Below, piece after piece: positions 36,375 through 46,365 of a stretch of DNA of 64,000 nucleotides. The DNA comes from Squalus acanthias. Its lineage: Eukaryota. The stretch is taken from positions 67,024,001 through 67,088,000 of the forward strand of contig CM059432.1 of assembly GCA_030390025.1 (NCBI GenBank), read 5' to 3'. Both the position numbers and the translations under genes were made by a program. Position 1 is the first letter of the stretch; each line of letters starts with the position of its first letter. Under the pieces are notes generated by a model, which did not search any database, was not told the DNA's origin, and saw only the letters and a list, made by a program, of their open reading frames with translations.

Positions 36375-38456
36375 ATGGAGAGGGTGAGAGAACGCGCTCA
36401 TCGCTTCACCGAGCGGGCCTTGGATGCTCTGGTTGACGCAGTGGAGCGCAGACGATGCATGCTGTTCCCTGAGAGTGGCAGGAGGCCTTTGCCACGCGAG
36501 TTCAGAAGAGTGTGGAGGGAGGTGGCTCAGAGCGTCTCCTCCAGGAGCATGGTGCCCAGGACCCATGTCCAGTGCCGCAAAAAGTTCAACGACCTCACTC
36601 GGGTCGTCAGGGTGAGTGGCTTTTTCTCAATACCTCTCCATCCCTCCATCTCAACCTCACTCTATGGCCAGAGGGTCTTAAAACCCCAATGCACAACACT
36701 CATGCAACACCTATGGCCCTTTCATCAAACACACACACACATTCCACACTTTGCATACAGTAAGGGCTATTCACCTATGGGAGGCACATCAGGCAAGACC
36801 ATGGCTGCATACAGTAAGGGCTATTCACCTATGGGAGGCACATCAGGCAAGACCATGGCTGCATATTGTAAGGGCTATTCACCTATGGGAGGCACATCAG
36901 GCAAGACCATGGCTGCATATTGTAAGGGCTATTCACCTATGGGAGGCACATCAGGCAAGACCATGGCTGCATATTGTACGGGCTATTCACCTATGGGAGG
37001 CACATCAGGCAAGACCATGGCTGTATATTGACTCAGATGCTGTCCTTTTTCTTGCAGGCTAAGCTGGCTCATAATCGGAGACAGCAGCAACGGACGGGTG
37101 GAGGGCGGCTTCAGCTGCAACCCCTCAGCGATCTGGAGGAGCGCGTCCACAGGATTGTGGCAAGCCGGGTGATCGGTCCCGTCGCCACTGGAGACGCCGA
37201 CCCCGTTGTGGACAGCAATGGTAAGGTCATCACCTTTTTGTCCTCTGTCCTTCCACTTGTCCCTCACAATACCAGCCTTTGACACTTTCAATCCAACTTG
37301 CTAACTCGCTGCACTTATTCCTCCCTTACTGCCACCCTGTCCTCACGCTAAAGCCACTCTTGTACCTCCCTGCTTTCAGATGGTGATTCACCAGCTGAGG
37401 AGATGGTCCCTGAAGCTGCCACTGGGAGTGATGCTGCAGCTGAGGAGGAAGAGGAAGCCGGAGCATCAGTGCCACCCTCTCCCGAGGAAGCCCATGGCCA
37501 CACTGGGAACACGCCTTCCCCGGAGGGGAGCAGGGGGGAAGGGGCTGATGATGGTGAAGTTCCAGGACCCAGCGGGCTGCAGCAACGCCATTGGGGGGGG
37601 GGGGGGGGAGAGGGAAGAACGGGGGAGCAGGGGGGAAGGGGCTGATGATGGTGAAGTTCCAGGACCCAGCGGGCTGCAGCCACGCCATGGGGGGGGGAGG
37701 GAAGAACGGGAGCCTTCTCCCCAGAGGGAGAGTATGCCAGACACTCCTAATGCAATGGACGCAGAGGAGGAGCGGCTGATTGCAGAAATGAACAGCCAGG
37801 CGGTGGGCATGCACACTGAGCTCATGGGTGCAGTGGGAAGGGTGCCCGAATGCATTGAGGCACTGGCAAGGAGTGTGGAGCACTTCGCTGTAGCACAGGC
37901 GGATGCCACACTAAAGCTTACTGCTGCAATTCAGTCACTGGCTGCCAGGAACCCATCTGAGACTGCTCTCATGCAGACTCAGATTGAGGCCACGCGAGCA
38001 CTGACTGCTGCCATCCTCGATGGTTCGTGCACATGTCCCCGGGGCTGTCACCGCGCCGCAGCAGGCCAGCAATCTGTTCTCCGGCAAATTGCTCCGGATG
38101 CTGAAGTGCTGCCCCGTGGGAGTGCCAGTGTGTCGGGCGAGCAGGGAGTTGCTGTCCTCTCTCACGATGACAGCATTCCTGCTGCCAACACTGTCACTTC
38201 TCCACTGCACTTGCCACCGCCTGTAGGACAGACTGCTGCCGCCCATGCAGAGTTGGTGCAGTCTGCAGCCGGGCCCTCCAGGCCCAGAAGTGGTCGAGGC
38301 CGTCCTTCAGGGGCATCTGCAGTGTCAGGGTCTGACAAGCAGCAGCCTTCCACCAGCCTTGCTGCAGCCACTGAGGTCCCATTACGGAGGAGCAGTAGGG
38401 TTAGAAGGGGGGAAGTGCGCAAGGGAAGGAGATCACCTTCGAAGGGCAAAAAGTAG
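36375..38456 (+). CDS. Harbinger Myb/SANT-like DNA-binding protein; exons 36375-36611, 37058-37220, 37380-38456; frameshifted at poly-G 37593-37608 as assembled
   Basis: MERVRERAHRFTERALDALVDAVERRRCMLFP..W..VAQSV...RTHVQCRKKFNDL then AKLAHNRRQQQRTGGG (MSANTD/NAIF1-like). GT-AG introns in compatible phase; basic NLS-like C-terminus. Confidence 0.85.
36753..37022 (+). repeat. 54-bp minisatellite x5 in intron 1 of the Myb-like gene
   Basis: Unit GCATA(CA/TT)GTAAGGGCTATTCACCTATGGGAGGCACATCAGGCAAGACCATGGCT; only 2 units in copy 2 (53964-54071). Confidence 0.95.
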
Positions 38457-38583
38457 GAGGTGTGCCAAAATGCTGGTCATTTTTTTATTAAAGGCCGAGG
38501 TTCATGGCCCAACTTTTGTTTAGTGTTTTGGACATTATCTCCAGGTTGTGAGAACCAGTTATGTTATTGACTGTTTTTTTGTG

Positions 38584-38639
38584 TTTATTTCTATGAGTTT
38601 GTCATGAGGAATTGACACACACAGAGTTTGTACAATAAA
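38584..38639. terminator. Candidate bidirectional polyadenylation region between the convergent Harbinger genes
   Basis: AATAAA on + at 38634-38639 and on - at 38584-38589, in the AT-rich 295-bp gap between the two stop codons; conserved in copy 2. Confidence 0.55.
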
Positions 38640-38750
38640 TAAGTTTCTGTATTCAAAATATACATGGCTGGTGGTTGGAATTATTGGTGCCTTGGCCGGC
38701 TTAGGGGTTGCGTGCTGGGTTGATTCGTGTTTGTAGCACTGGCAGGGGCC

Positions 38751-39911
38751 CTAGAAGCGGCTTGCTATTAGTCGTTGACGGACGGCCCTTGCAGTTTGAC
38801 CATTGTGGGCCGCCCTCCTGCCTTGGTGCTGCTGCTGATCATCGTCCTCGGCCTGTTCCTCCTCTTCCTCCTCCTCCTCTTGTGGTGCTGCAAGGCCTGG
38901 TGGCATTGGCTGCGTCCTGAGGATTGCCATGTTGTGCAACATGCAGCACACCACTACGAATTTGGAAACTTGCTCAGGCGAGTACTGCAGGGCTCCTCCG
39001 GAATGGTCCAGACAGCGGAATCGTTGTTTGAGCACGCCGATTGTGCGCTCAATAATGTTCCTCGTTGCTTGTTGGCTTTCCTGGTACCGCAGCTCAGCAG
39101 GGGTGTTTGGCGCACGGAGCGGTGTCATCAGCCAGGTGCTCAATGCGTACCCCTTGTCCCCCAGAAGCCAACCAACTGGCTGATGCGGTGCCTCGAAAAT
39201 TTCTGCCACAGTACTCTGGCGCAGGATGAAAGCATCGTGGCAGCTGCCCGGATAGTGGGCATTGACAGCGAGAATCACCTGTCTGTGGTCACAGACCAAC
39301 TGCACATTCAAGGAATGGAACCCCTTTCTGTTCCGGAACTCCTCTGCATTCTCTCGCGGAGCACGCAAAGCCACATGCGTGCAGTCAATGGCGCCCTGCA
39401 CCATGGGGAAGCCCGCTACCCTCGCAAAGCCCATAGCACGGTCATGCTGCTTGTCTGGGGTCATAGGGAAGGAGATGAAGTCTCGTCTCCTTGTGAAGAG
39501 GGCATTGGTGACCTGCCGGATGCAGCGATGCACCGCAAACTGGGAGATATTGGCGAGGTCCCCAACAGCAGCTTGGAATGAGCCAGTGGCGTAGAAGTTC
39601 AAAGCCACTGTGACCTTCACTGCCACCGACAGAGACGTCCTGGACCTCAGCTGAGGCTGCAGATCTGGCTGCAGCAGGTGGCAGAGCTCAGTGACCACCT
39701 CCTTGCTGAATCGCAGCCTTCGCAAACACAGCTCCTCGGACATGTGGATGTAGGAGAGCTGTTCACGATATACCCTGGGAGGGTAAGCTCTCCTGTACAT
39801 GCGCCTGATGGCCCTCCTCCGTCTGGCCATCATTGCCACTCTCTGTCTGCGTCTCACTCTCCTCCGATTGAGCTGGAGCAGGACGACGCCCCCAATCATT
39901 GCAGCCCCCAT
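38751..39911 (-). CDS. Harbinger (HARBI1-like) DDE transposase, 386 aa, open frame
   Basis: Catalytic motifs [63 protein letters not shown]. Confidence 0.96.
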   Translation of the reverse strand: MGAAMIGGVVLLQLNRRRVRRRQRVAMMARRRRAIRRMYRRAYPPRVYREQLSYIHMSEELCLRRLRFSKEVVTELCHLLQPDLQPQLRSRTSLSVAVKVTVALNFYATGSFQAAVGDLANISQFAVHRCIRQVTNALFTRRRDFISFPMTPDKQHDRAMGFARVAGFPMVQGAIDCTHVALRAPRENAEEFRNRKGFHSLNVQLVCDHRQVILAVNAHYPGSCHDAFILRQSTVAEIFEAPHQPVGWLLGDKGYALSTWLMTPLRAPNTPAELRYQESQQATRNIIERTIGVLKQRFRCLDHSGGALQYSPEQVSKFVVVCCMLHNMAILRTQPMPPGLAAPQEEEEEEEEQAEDDDQQQHQGRRAAHNGQTARAVRQRLIASRF

Positions 39912-40589
39912 ATTCTCTTTGCCAGAAAAGTAATGAGGTACAGCAACGAAAGTAGCAGCAAAGTTAGGATGAACTAGGCAAAACTACCTCACAAAGCGTT
40001 GAGTCAATGTAGAAGTCTCTCTCTCTCTCTCTCCGAATCTCTCTCTCTCTCTCAGAACGAGTGGTGCATAAATGTCGACCACAGAAAAAGACAGGAAGAG
40101 GCCCCCTTTAAATAGCGCCCCCCCCAGCCCCACACCGATTGATAACGTTCCAGTCTTCCGGTCGTTGGAAGCGCCAGGCGGTAAGGCAGGGGGCGCCACT
40201 CAATTTCCGCTCCGGGGCGCCCCAAGGGCGTTGCACCACGGAATGACGTCACAATCTGCGCGCGCAGGTGGTCGCAGCGGTAAGTTTTAGCGCCGCCGCA
40301 CAATCTCAAGTTAAGTTCTCGAGCGTCGCAAACAGCGCTGCGCCCGGGCGTTAGCGCCTTAACGCCCCATTAGCGCCCATTTAAGGCGCTAACGGGAGGC
40401 GCAACCAACTGAATTTTTACCCCCTACTGTCTAACAGTCCTGTCTGAAAAGGTGATACTTCATTTAAGGATAATGGAAAATAATTAAGATGGCCTATTGC
40501 TTTGCCTGTAAATTTATCTTAAAGCAAGCACAGAAGCTACAAATAATGTTTTCCATTGAATCTCTGAGCGCCACATTTAAAAAAAATGT

Positions 40590-40990
40590 GTATGGGATGT
40601 GGGCGTCGCTGGCAAGGCCAGCATTTATTGTCCATCCCTAATTGCCCTCAAGAAGCTGGAGGTGAGCCGCCTTGAACCGCTGCAGTTTGTGTGGTGAAGG
40701 TACTCCCACAGTGCTGTTAGGTAGGAGTTCCAGGATTTTGACCCAGCGACGATGAAGGTTCGGCGATATATTTCCAAGTCAGGATGGTGTGTAACTTGGA
40801 GGGGAACTTGAAGGTGATGGCGTTCCCATGCGCCTGCTGCCCTTGTCCTTCGAGGTGGAAGAGGTCGCGGGTTTGGGAGGTGCTGCCAAAGAAGCCTTGG
40901 AGAGTTGCTGCAGTGCATCTTGTAGATGGTACACACTGCAGCCACGGTGGAGGGAGTGAATGTTTTTAAGGTGGTGGATGGGGTGCATCT
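40590..40990 (-). mobile_element. 3' fragment of a CR1/L2-group LINE of a different family
   Basis: Minus-strand peptide TVAAVCTIYKMHCSNSPRLLWQHLP...SKSWNS followed by AATAAATGCTGGCC at the 3' end. Confidence 0.6.
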
Positions 40991-41526
40991 GCACATACAT
41001 GCTGTCATGTGAGCACAAACTAAACTAATTTATGTTGGCACTCATATCACAATGTAAATATCACAGCTGCACAACAAGCCAATGTATCAAATTACTTCCT
41101 TGGCCGCTCCCAAGAAAGAGTGGCATGGAGTTTCTGCAGGGGCGCAATTGTCAAAACGTGCCCAGAACGGTTGGACACTACGCCGGTTTTGCCGAGGTGA
41201 AGTTACGCTCAAGTTTCCACACAAACTCATTAGCATAAGACCAAACGTAAAATCTCGCATGAATCAGTGCAATCAATTGATGAATGGAACAGGGCATTCT
41301 CCAGCATCAAAAGGGAGTGGGATTGCCAGGAAATGAGCCATTCTTTAACTGACTGATTTAATGCTCTTGGTCTTGCTTTTAAATTGGTTTCAATTGACTG
41401 CTTTGATCTGCCCTTGATAAACAAGACCTGCAAGCAGCAGTCAATTGAAGCCTCACAGGTTGGCCCTGCTTTGCTGTAACTGACTGAATTAAGACTAATT
41501 TAAACTAAATTTAAAAAAAAGAACAA

Positions 41527-41720
41527 AAGAAAGACTTGCATTTATAGAGCGCCTTTCACGACCACCGGACATCCCCAAGCGCTTTACAGCTAATGAGGTA
41601 CTTGTTTTGAAGTGTAGTCACTGTTGTAATGTAGGAAACACAGCAGCCAATTTGCACACAGCAAGCTCCCACAAACAGCAATGTAATGACCAGATAATCT
41701 GTTTTTAGTGATGGTGATTA
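41527..41720 (-). mobile_element. 3' half of a SacSINE1/DeuSINE-like SINE, inside a CpG-rich MITE-like remnant (about 41120-42031)
   Basis: aaagacttgcatttatagagcgcctttcacgacc...gcaagctcccacaaacagcaatg matches the reverse of 58500-58670; TIR-like AAAATTTCACGGCC near 42031. Confidence 0.7.
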
Positions 41721-42139
41721 CGTAATTTAAAAGTAATTACAGCAGCAGCAGAAGCCCAGCAGTATCAGGCTTCAATTGACTGCTGGTACAGTTGATTAAT
41801 TCGGGATTAATGTGTCCACGGGTGCCTATATGCCCAAGAATATGGGCACAATATGAAAACATCCTAACGGTCGCAATCGGCCGAAACTTGCCATGCCGAC
41901 CTGGGGGCATGGCCAGTTTTGTGGACGGGGCTGCTTCAAGCGAAGGGACTTTTGAAACAGTGCAAGACTGCAGAAACTAGAGTGCAAAGCGTTTATGGGT
42001 GTAACTCACTTACGCTTAAAATTTCACGGCCTTTTGTGCTATTTCATTCCATTCCAGGAGATGAGGCTCAATTCAGTACCAAGGGTGCATAGTTTCGGCT
42101 GGAGACCTAAAACTATGGCATCATAGTTAACCTTGTACC

Positions 42140-44400
42140 TACAGATAATGTCACTGAAGGGTAGAATGTAGATGAGGAAGCCAAGGATGTATCCTTGGTA
42201 AACTCCAAAGGTGACTGTGCAGGGACTGGAGGAAAAGGCATAACAGATATACTGGCTATGTTGGCAACCAACACAAAGGCAGTCTCCAATGAGCTATGGA
42301 AGCTAGGCGATGAAGGAGGGTGGCATGGCTGTCCAAGGAAAGACTGAGGAGGACATGGAGGGAAAGCACGCTCTGGTCGCAGACACAGAGGATATCATTG
42401 GTGAATTGCATCACGGCAATCTCGATGTTGTGAAGCAGGCAGAAACCAGACTCAATGGATTTCAATAGGGAGTCATGGGAGAAGTGGAAATGGAGCTAGG
42501 AGGTGATAACACATTCCAGGACCTTAGACTGGAATGAGAGGTTAGAGATGGAATGATAGCTGGAGTGGACAGACAGGTAAAGAGTGGGATTCATGATAAG
42601 GAAGAGACAATGGCTAAACAAAGGATGCCCCAACAATGTTGGAAAGCACTAGGGCTAGGAAAGACAACTTAGTGGCCAGGAGTTGGGTAGGGAGAAGTTC
42701 AAGGCGGCATAAGGGGGGGGGGGAGAAATTCGGTATTGCCTCGTTTGGGGCGCAATTATCGGCTGGGCGCAGTTTAGAGCCTGGCGCTAATTATCGCCTC
42801 CGACTGCAAACTTGGCTTCTATCGCCCCTGGAGGTGATTGAAGCGCTAAATCAGGCGCTACACACCTCTCAAGGCGCTAACGCCGAGAGTGAGGCGCTAC
42901 CTCAGAGCACTGGCGAAGCTCATGTGATGTCAGTCAGCAATGGAACAGACACACTGGCGCCGGCCAGTTCTTAAAAGGGGAGGGTCAATCTTGCTCTCCA
43001 TCCACAGCCTGCTCATTGCAGCCTTGCATCTCGGCCTGGAGAGACCTGTACATCAATTCTGCTGGAAAGAACAATGGAGAGGCCCAGGGAAAGAGTTCAG
43101 AGTGCAGCCCCCATAGTCTCTTCTAAATCGATGCAAGGAAGGTCAAATCAAAATGAACCTGCAAAGTGCTGCTCAGTACCCAAAACTCCTTCACACAGCG
43201 TTGAATCTCTCCAGAAGTCTCTCTCCCTCTCTCTCAGAATGCGTGGTGCAAAAATGTCGCTGACCAAAAAAGGCAGGAAGCGTCCGCCTTTAAATAGCAC
43301 TCCCCCAGTCCCTTCCCGACTGAAGGCGGAAAGGCAGGGGGCGCCACTCAATAACCGGTCCGGGGCGCTACATGCTCGACTGATGTCACGATCTGCAGGC
43401 ACAGGAGATCGTGGCGTAGTGTTTAGCGCCGCCGCAAAATGTCTGGTCAATTTCGCGAGTGGCGCAAACATCGCCGCGCTCAGGCGCTAGTTGCTTTGCG
43501 CCCCATTAGCGTCCTCTTAGGGCGCCAACAGGAGGCACAACGCAACCAAATTTTTCCCCCCCAAGGTGTTTTTATTTTGCAAGAAATTAGCTTGGAGATG
43601 AGAGAGAAGCTGCACAGTGACAAGGTCAGGGTTAGGATAAGTTATGGGAGGAATTTATAGTTCAGGTAATTAATCTTAAACTTTCAGGTGAAGTAGTCCA
43701 TGACCATCTCATATTTAATCTTAAAGATGAGGGGGGAAGGAAGGTGTTTGAGGAGGATTTGGCACAGAGAAAATGAACATGGATAAAACTTACCTTCCAG
43801 GATGATCCTGGAGTAGGAAGTTGATGTGCTGTTGAAAGGGAGACATAGTAATGCTCAACATAGTAATACCAGGTTTGGTGGTCAAAAACTCGGCCAGTCA
43901 TGTCCCATGTGTTATCACGTCTATGGCCCTCAGAATTTATAGGGAGCTGTACCAGGAAAATGAGAGCAGTGGGAGATGGTGGTGAATTGGCATAAGACAG
44001 AAGTAATGCAGCTGTTTAGCAGGTCAACAGCAGCAGTGATGTTGCAATAAGTGGAAGGTCAGAAGAAAGTAAATCAGGTGTTAGAATATGAATTGGTGAG
44101 GGAGCCAAGTGAGGTGGGGAGAGGCAGTGTGCTTTCCAGGGGTGCAGGCCAAGGATATTGGGGTTGGGGGATAGGCAGAGAGATTTAGATGGTAAGGAAG
44201 GAGGAAATGGTCAAAGCTGGACATGGCATAATTTAAATCTCAGAAGTGGCAGGATCGAGGGTGCGACCACAGGTATGGGTGAGGAAGTTAACGTGAAGAG
44301 TGAGGCTATAGAGGACAGTAGGGTGGAGGAGTCAGGAAAGGAGTGTGGGGAAATAAAGTGGAGGCTGAAGTCAGAGGATGAGTAGTTGCTCAATGCAAAG
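42140..44400 (-). mobile_element. Old L2-like LINE remnants, interrupted by a MITE
   Basis: Minus ORF 42256-42465 QFTNDILCVCD..SLHVLLSLS..HATLLHRL resembles L2 RT; purine-rich degenerate flanks. Confidence 0.55.
42714..43562. mobile_element. MITE/deletion derivative of the intact Harbinger family
   Basis: G-run GGGAGAAATT / AATTTTTCCCCCCC ends with TSD AAG. Both subterminal regions align with copy 1; the Myb start (ATGGAGAGG near 43074) is fused to the reverse transposase start (tgcagccccca). Confidence 0.9.
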
Positions 44401-44574
44401 CCTGAAACCAGTAACTGTACAGAGTAGGTCGCAGCCAGGAAAAACCTCATTATACTATGACTGCATTCCTTCCACCACGAGAGCTCTGTACATTTGTGCT
44501 TATAAGCATGCACAGAACTGCTCTATGCTGGTAAATTTTGAACGTTTTGAGTGTGCAGGTGGAAACATCCACTC

Positions 44575-45692
44575 ATAAGAACATAAGACCATAATTGGAG
44601 CAGGAGTAGGCCATTTGGCCCCTCGAGCCTGCTCCTCCATTCAATAAGATCATGGCTGATCTTCTACCTCATCTCCACTTTCCTGCACTATCCCCATATC
44701 CCTTGATATCCAAAAATCTATCGATCTCCGTCTTGAATATACTCAACGACTGAGCCACCACAGCCCTCTGGGGTAGAGAATTCCAAAGATTTACCACCCT
44801 CTGAGTGAAGAAATTTCTCTTCATCTTAGTCCTAAATGGCCAAACCCTTATTCTGAGACTGTGACCCCTGGTTCTAGATTCCCCAGCCAGGGGAAACATC
44901 CTCCCTGCATCTACCCTGTCAAGCCCTGTAAGAATTTTGTATGTTTTAATGAGATCACCTCTCGTTCTTCTAAACTCCAGAGAATATAGGCCTAGTCTAC
45001 TCAATCTCTCCTCATAGGACAATCCCCCCCATATCCCAGGAATTAGTCTGGTGAACCTTTGTTGCACTCCCTCTATGGCAAGTATATCCTTCCTTAGGTA
45101 AGGAGACCAAAACTGTACACAATACTCCAGGTGTGGTCTCACCAGGGCCCTATATAATTGCCGTAAAACGTCTTAACTCTTATACTCAAATCCTCTTGTA
45201 ATAAAGGCCAACATACCATTTTGTTTTCCTAATTGCTTGCTGTACCTGCATGTTGACTTTCAGTGATTCATGTACAAGGACACCCAGGTCCCTCTGAACT
45301 CCAACAATTCCCAATCTCACCATTTAAAAAAATACTCTGCTTTTCTATTTTTCCTACCAAAGTGGATAACTTCCCATTTCTCCACATTATATTCCATTTG
45401 CCATGTTCTTGCCCACTCACTTAGCTTCTCTATATCCCCTTGAAGCCTCTTTGCATCCTCCTCACAACTTACATTCCCACCCAGCTTTGTATCAGCAAAC
45501 TTGGATATATTACATTTGGTCCCCTCATCTAAATCATTGATATAGATTGTGAATAGCTGAGGCCCAAGCACTGATCCTTCTGGTACCCCACTAGTTACAG
45601 CCTGCCAACCCGAAGATGACCCATTTATTCCTACTCTGTTTTCTGTCTGCTAACCAATCCTCAATCCATGCTAGTATATTACCCCCAATCCC
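44575..45692 (-). mobile_element. 5'-truncated CR1 LINE
   Basis: Minus ORFs 45317-45571 and 44669-45142 ([34 protein letters not shown]); CR1 tail at 44575. Confidence 0.93.
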
Positions 45693-45799
45693 ACTCAAAC
45701 ATTTTTTTTAAACTTTGCTTAAGTCTATAAAGTGCTCAGAAAGTCTACAGATCCTTTAAATTCAGTTTGACACCAGTGAACTTATACAAGTAATATGAA

Positions 45800-46365
45800 A
45801 TGGACCACACCTTGAGTACTGCATACAGTTTTGGTCTCCTTATTTAAGGAAGGATATACTTGCATTGGAGGCAGTTCAGAGACGATTCACACGGTTAATT
45901 CCAGAGATGAGGGGGTTGGACTTATGAGGAAAGGTTGAGCAGGTTGGGCCTATACTCATTGGAATTTAGAAGAATGAGAGGTGATCTTATTGAAACATAT
46001 AAGATACTGAGGGGGCTCGACAAGGTAGATGCAGAGAGGATGTTGCCCCTCGTGGGAAAATCTATAACTCGGGGGCATAGTTTCAGAATAAAGGGTCGCC
46101 CTTTTAGAACTGAGATGAGGAGGAATTTCTTCTGAGGGTCGTAAATCTGTGGAATTCTCTGCCCCAGAGAGCTGTGGAGGCTGGGTCATTAAATACACTT
46201 AAGGTGGAGATGGACAGGTTTTTGCAAGATAAGGAGTGAAGGGTTATGGGGAGCGGGCGGGGAAGTGGCTTTGAGCCCAAGATCAGCCATGATCTTATTG
46301 AATGGCGGAGCAGGCTCGAGGGGCCAAGTGGCCTATTCCTGCTTCCATTTCTTATGTTATGTTCC
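45800..46365 (+). mobile_element. CR1 LINE 3' fragment
   Basis: [34 protein letters not shown]1 3' UTR with ttcttatgttatgtt tail. Confidence 0.92.

Larger units (their letters stand above)
36023..40423. mobile_element. Full-length young PIF/Harbinger transposon, copy 1 (4.4 kb)
   Basis: TIRs GGGGTAGAAATT / AATTTTTACCCC with 3-bp TSD CTA; CpG-rich subterminal GGCGC/AGCGC motifs; convergent Myb-like and transposase genes. Confidence 0.96.

Noticed and set aside
36753..37022. Regular repeat array as a CRISPR locus
   Set aside because: Head-to-tail 54-bp units with no unique spacers, no cas genes, eukaryotic context.
38775..39581. 268-aa plus-strand ORF (and 55732-56529)
   Set aside because: Antisense shadow of the GC-rich transposase ORF with a non-ATG start and no recognisable domain.
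38751..39911. Host HARBI1 gene
   Set aside because: Lies between TIRs with a TSD and a Myb partner and is present in two near-identical copies, so it is a transposon gene rather than the domesticated one.
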